From NCBI GenBank assembly GCA_008501765.1, contig QQUE01000014.1, positions 141,299 to 173,298 on the forward strand: DNA of 32,000 nt. Reading direction: 5' to 3'. The DNA is from Calditrichota bacterium (lineage in GTDB: Bacteria; Zhuqueibacterota; Zhuqueibacteria; Zhuqueibacterales; Geothermadaptataceae). The translations under genes and the position numbers were made by a program. The number at the start of each line of letters is the position of its first letter. Position 1 is the first letter of the stretch. Shown piece after piece: positions 23,782 to 32,000 of this stretch. Under the pieces are notes generated by a model, which was given only the letters and a program-made list of their open reading frames with translations, was not told the origin of the DNA and searched no databases.

Positions 23782-26094
23782 ATGATGAAAGCTCGCCACA
23801 CACTTTTGATATTATCCTTTTTGCTACTCTTCAACGTAAATTCTTACAGCCAGGATTTTTATGATATCAACACCATCAATACTGTGGAAATAACTTTTGC
23901 GGAATCAAACTGGGATTATCTGCTGGACAACCTGTTTGCCGCGGGCGATGAAGAGCGCTTGCTGGGATCAATTGTTATTAACGGAACCAGCTACGACAGC
24001 GTTGGCGTGCGCTACAAAGGCAACAGCAGTTACAACGCCAATCAGGTTAAAAATCCATTAAATATAAAACTCGATTACATGGTTGATAATCAGGAACATG
24101 AAGATTATGGCACCTTAAAATTGGCTAATGTCTATAAAGACCCCAGTTTTGTCCGGGAAGTTTTGAGCTATGAAATTGCCCGGCAATACATGCCTGCGAG
24201 CAGAGCAAATTATACGAAAGTCTACATAAACGGCACCTATTTAGGGCTGTACACAAGCGTTCAGGATGTTGACAAACACTTTGTCAGCAGTCATTATAAT
24301 AGCAGGAACAATTCCTTTTTTAAAGGGGAATTAACAAATGACAGCCCTCAAAATGTCGTAAAAATATGGGGTTATTTTGGGGAAGATTCAGCCAGTTACA
24401 CAGCCTACTACGAACTGGAATCTGACTATGGCTGGGCCGATTTAATAAACTTTCTTGATATATTGAACAATAACCCTGAATCAATAGAAGCAGTATTAAA
24501 CGTCGATCGCCATCTATGGATGCTGGCCTACGATATTCTGTTTGTCAATTTAGATTCACCAGTAAATTTTGCCCACAATTATTATTTATATCAAGACGAC
24601 GCCGGACGGTTTAATCCGATTATTTGGGATTTGAATGAAAACTTTGGTGTTTTCTCCATGCTTCTGAGTGGCAGCCCTTTATCTACTTATACCATGCAGC
24701 GACTCGATCCGTTTTTAAATTCAACGAATAGCAATTTCCCGATAATCAACAAAATACTCAGCGATCCAACTTATAAAAAAATGTACGTTGCCCACATGAA
24801 AACTATTATGGATGATTATTTCAGTACAGGATTATTTCGTTCAAGAGCATTGGAAATTCAGGATATAATTGCTACTGAGGTGCAAAACGATCCCAACAAA
24901 TTTTATACATACACAAATTTTACTAGCAATCTCGATTACAGTGTAGGCAGCGGTGGCGGACGTCCGGGGCAAATTCCATCCGTTATTGGAATTACGGAAT
25001 TAATGGATGCCAGGGTTGCTTATCTGAGTTCGCTTGCTGAATTTCAGACACTCAGCCCGGAAATATCAAATATCGAAAAAAGTCCGGCTAATCCTGGTAC
25101 GAATACAAATGTGTGGATAACAGCACGTGCGACTTCGGCTGAATCCGTACAATTAGCTTATCGCAGTAGTCTCACGGCTGCTTTTGAAAAAATAGCCATG
25201 GCAGATGACGGTAACAACAACGATGGATCTGCTGGCGATGGTATTTACGGCGTTTCCATGCCAACGGGCACAAGTGGATTTCAGTACTATATTTATGCGG
25301 AAAACGATGATGCAGTATCTTTTTCACCGGCACGGGCTGCCTATGAATTTTATACCCTGGCTGTTTCGGGCGATTTAGTGATAAACGAATTTATGGCAAG
25401 CAATGATTTGACAGCAGAAGATTCGCAGGGGGAATTCGACGACTGGATTGAAATTTACAACAATACAGATAATGATATTGCCTTGTCCGGATTTTATTTA
25501 TCCGATGACAGCGATGATTTGACGCAATGGGCATTCCCGGACACCATTATTTCCGCAAACGGTTATTTAATCGTCTGGGCAGACAACGATTCAGGTCAGG
25601 TTGGGCTGCATGCCAATTTTAAACTCTCAGGCTCAGGCGAAACCATTTACCTGGTAAATAGCGATACTTTGATTGTTGATGAAGTGAATTTTAGTGAACA
25701 AACTACCGACATTTCAACCGGCCGTTATCCAAACGGGACAGGAGCTTTTACGCAAATGGATCCCACTTTTTCGGCTGAAAATCAGAGTGGTGTAACAAGT
25801 GTGGCAAGTGATGATGTAGCATCTGTCCCCGACGGTTTTACGTTGAATCAGAATTATCCGAATCCATTTAATCCGAGCACGACCATTTCTTTTGAACTGG
25901 CCAGTCCGAGCATGACTTCACTGAAAATCTATAACCTTATGGGGCAGGAAGTCGTGACACTCATCGATGAACAACTATCTGCAGGAACGCACCAGCTTTT
26001 GTGGAACGCTCAAAATTTGGCCAGCGGAATTTATTTTTATAATCTGCGAAGCGGTTCATTTTCAGAAACAAAGCGCATGATTTTTATGAAATAA
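23782..26094 (+). CDS. Secreted CotH-family atypical kinase-like protein with a lamin-tail domain and a T9SS type-A C-terminal sorting domain
   Basis: Signal peptide MMKARHTLLILSFLLLFNVNSYSQ. CotH pattern (VRYKGNSS ... NPLNIKLDY ... KLANVYKDPSFVREVLSYEI ... YTKVYINGTYLGLYTSVQDVDKHF ... WDLNENFG). LTD pattern (LVINEFMASN ... DWIEIYNNTDNDIALSGFYLSDD ... FKLSGSGETIYL). CTD (LNQNYPNPFNPSTTISFEL ... GIYFYNLRSGSFSETKRMIFMK). Confidence 0.85.
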   Translation: MMKARHTLLILSFLLLFNVNSYSQDFYDINTINTVEITFAESNWDYLLDNLFAAGDEERLLGSIVINGTSYDSVGVRYKGNSSYNANQVKNPLNIKLDYMVDNQEHEDYGTLKLANVYKDPSFVREVLSYEIARQYMPASRANYTKVYINGTYLGLYTSVQDVDKHFVSSHYNSRNNSFFKGELTNDSPQNVVKIWGYFGEDSASYTAYYELESDYGWADLINFLDILNNNPESIEAVLNVDRHLWMLAYDILFVNLDSPVNFAHNYYLYQDDAGRFNPIIWDLNENFGVFSMLLSGSPLSTYTMQRLDPFLNSTNSNFPIINKILSDPTYKKMYVAHMKTIMDDYFSTGLFRSRALEIQDIIATEVQNDPNKFYTYTNFTSNLDYSVGSGGGRPGQIPSVIGITELMDARVAYLSSLAEFQTLSPEISNIEKSPANPGTNTNVWITARATSAESVQLAYRSSLTAAFEKIAMADDGNNNDGSAGDGIYGVSMPTGTSGFQYYIYAENDDAVSFSPARAAYEFYTLAVSGDLVINEFMASNDLTAEDSQGEFDDWIEIYNNTDNDIALSGFYLSDDSDDLTQWAFPDTIISANGYLIVWADNDSGQVGLHANFKLSGSGETIYLVNSDTLIVDEVNFSEQTTDISTGRYPNGTGAFTQMDPTFSAENQSGVTSVASDDVASVPDGFTLNQNYPNPFNPSTTISFELASPSMTSLKIYNLMGQEVVTLIDEQLSAGTHQLLWNAQNLASGIYFYNLRSGSFSETKRMIFMK

Positions 26095-26236
26095 TCCGCA
26101 ATGTGATGAAATTGCTGCTTTTAGCAATATTATCGCTACACTACCCCAACGAATTAATTCCATTACTTCGAGTGATTGAATCGAGTTAGCTGAATTCTTG
26201 CTAATTCAGCTACAAAATTAATAGAGAATTAATACC

Positions 26237-27106
26237 ATGATTAACACCGAAACTACACCGACTGCCTATTTAACTGAAGAAACATCGCCTGTTTCTTTAA
26301 TGCAAAATTCGAACTTGAACCCAGCGCCTTTTGAACTGTTCAAATCTATTCGGTTATTTGATTCTATCACATTAAAAGAGATTCAAAATATCGGATTAAT
26401 GAATCGAATCGACACCAAATTTGTTTTTCACGGTGAGCTATTACCCCGGCTGCTGCACCAACTCACAAATTACTACAATATTTTAGAAATTGAAGACAGC
26501 CGGATTTTTACATACGAAAACATCTATTGGGATACACCCCATTTTAGTTTTTATCACAACCATCATAACGGCAAACTCAACCGTTACAAAGTGCGCCACC
26601 GGCGCTACAAAGAAACGAGCGCCACTTTTTTAGAAATAAAATTTAAATCCAATAAAAAGCGGACGATAAAGCAACGCATGTCGGTGCAGGATCTGCACAA
26701 TAAAATGCCCTCAACGGAAAATATGTTTTTAAAGCAACGCCTGCCGGTCGAATTTCATCACCTGCAACCAAGTTTGTTTGGGACGTATAAGCGAATCACC
26801 TTTGCCAGCAAAAAATCGAACGAACGTGTCACCATCGACTTTGATGCGCAGTTTCAAAATCCGGAAAGCAGCAAGAAAGTCCATTTAAAGAAATTGGTGA
26901 TTGCCGAAGTCAAGCGGCCAATAGCATTGGCCTCGTCCCTATTTCTGGATATCATGCATAATTATCGCATCCATACTTCTTCCTTCAGCAAATACTGCAT
27001 TGGATGCAGCATGACAGCTCCGGAGCAGATAAAAACAAATCGTTTCAAAATGCAGCTGCGTGGGCTTAATTTTATAGAACTTAAGGATAACCATAAATGG
27101 AATTAA
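26237..27106 (+). CDS. VTC-domain (polyphosphate-polymerase-like, CYTH/triphosphate-tunnel fold) protein
   Basis: RIDTKFVF ... IENIYWDTPHFSFYHNHHNGKLNRYKVRHRRYKETSATFLEIKFKSNKKRTIKQR ... ERVTIDFD ... LVIAEVK shows the alternating basic/acidic beta-strand pattern of VTC/CYTH tunnel enzymes. No TM segments. Confidence 0.7.
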   Translation: MINTETTPTAYLTEETSPVSLMQNSNLNPAPFELFKSIRLFDSITLKEIQNIGLMNRIDTKFVFHGELLPRLLHQLTNYYNILEIEDSRIFTYENIYWDTPHFSFYHNHHNGKLNRYKVRHRRYKETSATFLEIKFKSNKKRTIKQRMSVQDLHNKMPSTENMFLKQRLPVEFHHLQPSLFGTYKRITFASKKSNERVTIDFDAQFQNPESSKKVHLKKLVIAEVKRPIALASSLFLDIMHNYRIHTSSFSKYCIGCSMTAPEQIKTNRFKMQLRGLNFIELKDNHKWN

Positions 27107-27741
27107 ATCTAACCAATATCTTCAGTGCAGACTTTGGTCTGCGAACGTTTTTAGACCTCACAGGTATTTTGATTCTCGTCCGCTTTATCTATTACCCGGC
27201 CTACAAAAACAGCGATTTTGTTTTTAGTTTTTTTATGTTCAATTTTATCGTTTTTATGCTCACTTATTTTTTGCATAATGTCGAAGTTTCAATGGGACTT
27301 ACTTTCGGTTTGTTCGCCATTTTTTCCATGCTGCGATATCGTACGGAATCCATTTCCATCAAAGAAATGACCTATCTTTTCGTATCCATCGCCATCGCGA
27401 TGCTCTGCGCAATTATTAAAACTTCCCCGGCCGGACTCACAATCATTGTCACCGGTGTGCTTGTTTTGACCTGGTTTGTGGATTCAAATCTCTTTCTCAA
27501 AAAAGAAGTGCGCAGGACTGTTCTTTTCGAAAAGATCGAGTTGATTAAACCGGAAAATCACAAACTATTAATGCGTGACCTGCGCGAACGCACAGGTTTG
27601 GATATCCATCGTTTTTATGTGCAAAAGATAGATTTCTTACGAGATACGGCTGCACTCAAAGTTTTCTACTATGAAAACCGATGCTTAGAAAATGGGATCG
27701 AATATATCGAAGAATATGAAGGAGAAATTTCTGAAGTGTGA
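27097..27741 (+). CDS. DUF4956-like polytopic membrane protein
   Basis: Four to five TM helices followed by a ~70-aa soluble tail. The start overlaps the VTC stop (ATGGAATTAA), implying translational coupling. The pairing with a VTC-domain gene is the usual context for this family. Confidence 0.6.
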   Translation: MELNLTNIFSADFGLRTFLDLTGILILVRFIYYPAYKNSDFVFSFFMFNFIVFMLTYFLHNVEVSMGLTFGLFAIFSMLRYRTESISIKEMTYLFVSIAIAMLCAIIKTSPAGLTIIVTGVLVLTWFVDSNLFLKKEVRRTVLFEKIELIKPENHKLLMRDLRERTGLDIHRFYVQKIDFLRDTAALKVFYYENRCLENGIEYIEEYEGEISEV

Positions 27742-27798
27742 GAATAACAAATCCGGCGCGAAATTCGATCGCAATCTATGTCATTCCAGTTCTCAAAA

Positions 27799-27846
27799 AG
27801 CGAATGACGAGACTCGAACTCGCGACCCCCGGCTTGGGAAGCCGAA
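27799..27846 (-). tRNA. 3' fragment of a tRNA-Gly(CCC) gene (anticodon arm, variable loop, T-arm and 3' acceptor strand only)
   Basis: The minus strand reads t-tcggc-ttCCCaa-gccgg-gggtc-gcgag-ttcgagt-ctcgt-cattcgc-t, with canonical spacing and a GTTCGAGT T-loop. The preceding ~26 nt contain no complement of the acceptor strand (gcgaatg) and no D-arm. Confidence 0.6.
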
Positions 27847-27884
27847 CATCCACGAGGTTCGAAACATTTAAAAACAAAAAACGC

Positions 27885-28556
27885 CTGCGCACCGACTCCC
27901 GTTCTCTTGATATGGCTTTGATGACAAAAACCGAAAGTAGCAGGAAGTCGCAATTATCGCCTTGCATGCTTGCGGTTTGTCGACTCAGGATTTTCGGGAT
28001 CATCTTGAGGATATCTATCAGGTTGAAGTTTCATGTGAGCTTATCTCTCATGTGACCAATGGAATTATTAATGAAGTTCGTGAATGGCAGAATCGTCCAT
28101 TGAATGCTCAATATCCGATTGTTTATCTCGATGCTTTAAGGGTCAATATCCGAGAACAGGGGCAGATTATTAAAGAGGCTGTTTATCTGGCTTTAGGAGT
28201 AAATACTGAGGGCCACAAAGAACTTCTTGGTTTGTGGATTAAAAAAAAATGAAGGTGCCAAATTCTGTTTGAGCGTCATCACTGAGTTGAAAAATCGTGG
28301 TGTGGAAATTATATTTGTCGCTTGTGTGGATGGGCTCAAAGGCTTACCTGAAACCATCAATACTGTTTTTCCAAAAACCAATATTCAGCTCTATATCATC
28401 CACATTGTGCGTAATTCTCTGAAGTTTGTCTCCTGGAATGACCGGAAAAATAGTGCGCAGGACTTGAAAAATATTAAAAAAAAATGGTCCATGCCTATCC
28501 AAAACTGGAAGCAGGCAATGAACCAATTAACCATTATTTATGAAGATCGAATCTAA
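27885..28556 (+). pseudogene. Decayed IS256-family (Mutator-like) transposase remnant
   Basis: IIALHACGLSTQDFRDHLEDIYQVEVSCELISHVTNGIINEVREWQNRPL ... YPIVYLDALRVNIRE ... AVYLALGVNTEGHKELLGLWI, then a frameshift in an A9 run (28241-28249), then NEGAKFCLSVITELKNRGVEIIFVACVDGLKGLPETINTVFPKTNIQLYIIHIVRNSLKFV. The N-terminal ~90 aa are missing. An internal deletion at a second A9 run (28476-28484) joins DLKNI directly to the C-terminal KKWSMPIQNWKQAMNQL. The left boundary is approximate. Confidence 0.8.
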
Positions 28557-28638
28557 TACGTTTACATAAAATTATTTAGAAGCTCGATATAGACGTTATA
28601 TTGTCAATGGACTTTTCCCAACAATATCCGCACTCTTT

Positions 28639-29352
28639 TTATGAGTCGTCATCGTCTCTTTCCCCATCATCATCTTCATCTTCGAAAACATTTATTGACG
28701 CTTTGATATTGCTTTCTATCCTGCTTTTGTTTTCTTCCAATGTAGGATCGAGAAGGCCGTTGTTGCTATCGACAAACCACATTCCCATATCAATGGCCAG
28801 CACCACATTTACCGAAGGATTTGTTTCATCGATTACCAGCGGTGGATAAAACTCCTTCTCCTGTTCTTCAGAAAGATCACTCGTAAAGACAAATGTGTTG
28901 TTCGTATCATCATTTAAGAATCCTTCGACGCGAATACTAAGATTTTGCAGTTCTGGATTTTGTGCGTAAGCAATACTTTTTTCTTCATCGAGCTCGTCGA
29001 TTTTTATTTCGAGTTCCCGATATGTGCCAAATGGGACTTGCACGGTCGTGACTTCATGCAGATTTGAACCAGCAACCAGATCCTGAACAAACGGTTCCTC
29101 GAGTTCAAAATCCAACCTGTCTTCGGTACTGCTTTCGAATTCAATCTCCTCAATCACAACGCGGGCGCTGGTTATCATTATCGCCGTCGCCATCTTTTTT
29201 AATGAAGTTGAAGATCCATCTGCAACTCCTCTTACACTAATTTTAATACTGCCATCGGTCGGATCTGGCGACGCAGGATTGCTGCTGCAACTGGTGTGGA
29301 GAATAAGTAAACCAATGCTCAATATTATTGATAAATTTTTGATAATTCGCAT
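28639..29352 (-). CDS. Lipoprotein (DUF4382-like beta-sandwich?) with a poly-acidic C-terminal tail
   Basis: Lipobox LLILHTSCSS. The beta-rich body resembles DUF4382-type lipoproteins (ARVVIEEIEFES ... FELEEPFVQDLVAG ... VPFGTYRELEIKI). The C-terminus is FEDEDDDGERDDDDS. Confidence 0.5.
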   Translation of the reverse strand: MRIIKNLSIILSIGLLILHTSCSSNPASPDPTDGSIKISVRGVADGSSTSLKKMATAIMITSARVVIEEIEFESSTEDRLDFELEEPFVQDLVAGSNLHEVTTVQVPFGTYRELEIKIDELDEEKSIAYAQNPELQNLSIRVEGFLNDDTNNTFVFTSDLSEEQEKEFYPPLVIDETNPSVNVVLAIDMGMWFVDSNNGLLDPTLEENKSRIESNIKASINVFEDEDDDGERDDDDS

Positions 29353-29774
29353 TTAAAACCTCTTATTATTAGTTTTTTGATTAATTTTCATAATTATTTA
29401 AAATATCTGATTATTGCTTGCAGTTTAAACAATTACTATGCCATCTTTTTCTGGAGTGGCGATCATTGCTAATTGCTAAAGAAACAAGGCCTGCCATTTA
29501 AGTGGCCAGAAATCTTCCTAATTCAGTAATGAATAATTTGCGCAGCTATGAGCATGTTATGCACAAAAAAATTTCCAGTTGCGTTGTGCAGACAACCATC
29601 GGCAAAAATGTTATTAAGCCAATGGAAGATAAAATCTTGTTTTTGTTAGATTATTGTGTTATTCTTAATTTATTGTTTCCTTCATTCTTTTCTCTGTTTT
29701 TTAAAGTCAACTATCCAACATTATATGAAGCAGTTGAAAATCTTTGAGAAACTTATTAATCTGAATTTTAATTA

Positions 29775-30920
29775 ATGAAAAGCCAAATGCCTGAATCCCA
29801 TAATTATTTTGCCACCTGCCCCCATGGTTTTGAAGCCGTTGTTGCCCGGGAATTAAAGAAACTTAAAGCGAAAAATATCAAAGAGGAGAACTCTGGTGTT
29901 TCTTTTAATGGGGACTTAAAGCTTGGTTATAAGAGTAATCTCTGGCTGCGCAGTGCTGTGCGGGTATTACAGAATATCAAAATTTTTGAAGCAGCTTCCG
30001 AACAGGAACTTTATGATCAGATCATCGCTGTGCAATGGGAAGATTACCTTTCCATCGATCACACACTTGCTGTCACAGCCAATGTCCGTGATTCATTTCT
30101 CACCCATTCCAAATATGCGGCGTTAAAAACAAAAGATGCTATTGTAGATCGTTTTACCAATAAATATGAGCGGCGGCCAAACGTCGATCGTGATTCACCA
30201 GATGTGCAAATTAACATAAATCTGAACAATAACCGCTGTACTTTGAGTTTGGATATGTCCGGCGCCAGTTTGCATCAACGCGGTTACAGGCAACAAATCG
30301 GGGTGGCCCCCTTAAAAGAAGCCCTGGCTGCGGGTATTGTGCTACTCACTGGCTACGATGGATCGCAGATATTCATGGACGGCATGTGCGGGGCGGGAAC
30401 CATGCCTATTGAAGCCGCCTTTATTGCCCGTAATTTTGCGCCTGGCTTGTTGCGCAAAAAATTTGGATTTCAAAACTGGCCGGGATACGATGCCGATTTA
30501 TGGCAGAAATTGGTTGCTGAGGCACAGGACAGCGTCGTGCGACAGCCCGAGGCGCCAATTTATGGCAGTGATATTTCCTCGCTCGTAATAGGGTTTGCGA
30601 AGGAGAATGCCCGTCGTGCAGGAATGCGGCCGTGGATTAAATTCTCACAGAAAAACATGCTTGAACTCGCCTCTCGCGGCAAAGGTGGCATTATCATTTG
30701 CAATCCACCATATGGGGAACGCATGGGGGAGATTGAGGAATTAAAAGGATTGTATACAGAAATTGGCAATGTATTCAAGCGTCAATTCAGCGGTAATACC
30801 GGGTATATATTTACCGGCAATCTCGAATTACTCAAATCCGTTGGGCTAAAAACGCAGAAAAAACATGTACTCTACAATGGTCCAATTGAAAGCCGCCTGG
30901 CGCAATATGATTTGTATTGA
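29775..30920 (+). CDS. THUMP-domain class I SAM-dependent RNA methyltransferase (COG0116 / RlmL-N-like)
   Basis: N-terminal ferredoxin-like and THUMP region. SAM-binding DGMCGAGTMPIEAA. Catalytic NPPYGERMG motif. Confidence 0.85.
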   Translation: MKSQMPESHNYFATCPHGFEAVVARELKKLKAKNIKEENSGVSFNGDLKLGYKSNLWLRSAVRVLQNIKIFEAASEQELYDQIIAVQWEDYLSIDHTLAVTANVRDSFLTHSKYAALKTKDAIVDRFTNKYERRPNVDRDSPDVQININLNNNRCTLSLDMSGASLHQRGYRQQIGVAPLKEALAAGIVLLTGYDGSQIFMDGMCGAGTMPIEAAFIARNFAPGLLRKKFGFQNWPGYDADLWQKLVAEAQDSVVRQPEAPIYGSDISSLVIGFAKENARRAGMRPWIKFSQKNMLELASRGKGGIIICNPPYGERMGEIEELKGLYTEIGNVFKRQFSGNTGYIFTGNLELLKSVGLKTQKKHVLYNGPIESRLAQYDLY

Positions 30921-30955
30921 TATTTAGCTCACAAGTTCTGATTTGTGCCAATCAA

Positions 30956-32000
30956 TTAAAAATAACTTTTCATAAAAAATAACGGCCGACCTTCAAACGT
31001 TTCGTACTTTGGGCGCAAGCGATCAATATTATAATATTTTTCTACATCCACCAATTTTTTGCGTCCACCAACAACTTCGATGGGCACACTGCTATAGCAT
31101 CCATTCACCAGACTGATGAGCCGTCCTGTTTGATTCGCCAAAATGGAATCGAATGCCATATTACCAAAAGCCATCGGTACAATGGAATCCATCGCATCGG
31201 GGTTGCCGCAACGCACCAGATAACCCAATTTCTGTGTTAAAATATTCACTTCCTTGCCCTTGTTGAACCGGGATGAAAGTTTTTTTAATTCGGCCGATAC
31301 TCTATCCCCGATACCGCCCAATTTTTTATGACCGTACTGGTCTGTTTCATTGGCTTCGAACGACATATCGCTGTCGCCAATCATCTGCGCCCCCTCGGAA
31401 ATGATGACAACGGAATAATTGCTGGGATTTTCCTGCCGGTCGTGAATTAACAGTTCGGTTAAGCGGTTGATGTCAAAAATATGCTCCGGAATTATGCAGC
31501 GATCGGATGCCCCAGCCATCGCAGGCAGCATAGCTGAAAATCCGGCATAACGTCCAAAAACTTCGATAACGAGAATACGCTCGTGGGATCCGGCTGTCGT
31601 ACGCAATTCGTTCATCATTTCAATCGTGCGGGTCACACAGGTACTAAAGCCAACACAATATTCCGTACCGGGAACGTCATTATCCATTGTTTTTGGAATC
31701 GCAACTGTTTTAACGCCTTCGTCATGCATGCGCTGTGCATAACTTAACGTATCATCCCCACCGATCGGGATCAGGTAGTCGATGCCAAAGAATTCGAGAT
31801 TTTTTAATACTTCCGGTGTTACATCATTGATTTTATCGCTGTATTTATCTTTTAAATGCAGTGGTACAGAATCCAGCGGCAAATGGCTTGGCCGCGTGCG
31901 TGAGGTATGTAAAAATGTGCCGCCGGTGCGAGCGGCTCTGTTCACGACGTCTTCCGTTAATTCGAGAATATGTTCCCTGTTGTCAGCTTGTACATCGGGA
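30956..32000 (-). CDS. pfp: 6-phosphofructokinase, predicted PPi-dependent type (5' end beyond the window)
   Basis: GGDDTLSY and PKTMDNDV: Asp and Lys occupy the two positions that are Gly in ATP-dependent PFKs. MGR-equivalent GYLVRCG is present. The reading frame stays open upstream of the track's GTG start to the window edge (...PDVQADNREHILELTEDVVNRAARTGGTFLHTSR), so the gene is truncated by the window. Confidence 0.85.
   Translation of the reverse strand, partial: PDVQADNREHILELTEDVVNRAARTGGTFLHTSRTRPSHLPLDSVPLHLKDKYSDKINDVTPEVLKNLEFFGIDYLIPIGGDDTLSYAQRMHDEGVKTVAIPKTMDNDVPGTEYCVGFSTCVTRTIEMMNELRTTAGSHERILVIEVFGRYAGFSAMLPAMAGASDRCIIPEHIFDINRLTELLIHDRQENPSNYSVVIISEGAQMIGDSDMSFEANETDQYGHKKLGGIGDRVSAELKKLSSRFNKGKEVNILTQKLGYLVRCGNPDAMDSIVPMAFGNMAFDSILANQTGRLISLVNGCYSSVPIEVVGGRKKLVDVEKYYNIDRLRPKYETFEGRPLFFMKSYF

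Noticed and set aside
27799-27875. A complete tRNA gene on the minus strand
   Set aside because: Only the anticodon arm, variable loop, T-arm and 3' acceptor strand fold canonically. The upstream ~26 nt (taaatgtttcgaacctcgtggatgt) contain neither the complement of the acceptor strand (gcgaatg) nor a D-arm, so I call it a fragment.
27669-28055. Track ORFs 27669-27953 (-), 27776-28003 (-) and 27738-28055 (+) as genes
   Set aside because: They overlap the tRNA fragment (the peptide ...SQAGGREFESRHS... is a typical read-through of a T-arm) and the out-of-frame 5' part of the IS256 remnant. They have no motifs or plausible starts.
28227-28260. Programmed -1/+1 frameshift in the IS256-family transposase at the A9 run
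   Set aside because: To my knowledge IS256-family transposases are normally made from a single ORF. In addition, this copy lacks its N-terminus and about 100 internal residues, so it is a decayed pseudogene rather than a recoding site. A homopolymer sequencing error remains possible.
28601-28849. 82-aa Ser-rich + strand ORF
   Set aside because: It is antisense to the poly-acidic tail of the lipoprotein gene: GAT/GAA codons read as Ser/Ile-rich on the opposite strand. It is a shadow ORF.
29502-29747. 81-aa ORF in the spacer upstream of the methyltransferase gene
   Set aside because: It has a GTG start and AT-rich sequence. The translation is hydrophobic and low-complexity with no signal or TM logic, and no RBS is present. 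I treat the 420-bp region as non-coding, although a small protein cannot be excluded.
1-32000. CRISPR arrays, rRNA genes, prophage or integron structures
   Set aside because: Reading through the intergenic regions, I found no regularly spaced direct repeats, no rRNA-like conserved stretches, and no integrase, capsid or terminase-like ORFs. The only mobile-DNA trace is the IS256 remnant.

Overview
Moderately AT-rich bacterial chromosomal window with about 28 protein-coding genes. I saw no rRNA, no intact tRNA and no CRISPR array. All family calls come from reading motifs in the supplied translations by eye; no database search was run. A type-A T9SS C-terminal sorting domain on one secreted protein, and the general gene content, suggest an uncultivated member of the FCB superphylum (Ignavibacteria/Calditrichota/Marinimicrobia-like); this is inference only. 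Left to right: (1) a 1477-aa fusion of two acyl-CoA-dehydratase-activase ATPase modules and a dehydratase-like region. (2) A tightly packed five-gene minus-strand operon (5774-10973) encoding a membrane-anchored FliF-like/FliG-like chimera, an outer-membrane beta-barrel protein with a periplasmic module, a TPR lipoprotein, MotA and MotB, with no other flagellar genes in the window. This is my best candidate for an undescribed system: an orphan, envelope-spanning, ion-driven rotor-stator module. (3) An unusually long 825-bp intergenic region with nested inverted repeats, followed by a CsgG-family gene. (4) A sugar-1-phosphate nucleotidyltransferase and anomeric-kinase pair. (5) An ECF sigma / anti-sigma / Spy-like trio followed by a MacAB-type tripartite ABC efflux operon. 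(6) A ferredoxin, a predicted di-haem membrane protein and a Tat-signal flavoprotein that together look like a trans-membrane electron conduit. (7) A secreted CotH-kinase/lamin-tail/T9SS protein next to a VTC (polyphosphate-polymerase-like) and DUF4956 pair. (8) A 3' tRNA-Gly fragment beside a decayed IS256-family transposase. (9) A lipoprotein, a THUMP RNA methyltransferase and a PPi-type phosphofructokinase that runs off the window. Several intergenic 'stuttering palindromes', two terminators with identical stems and a possible shared ECF promoter motif are also reported.
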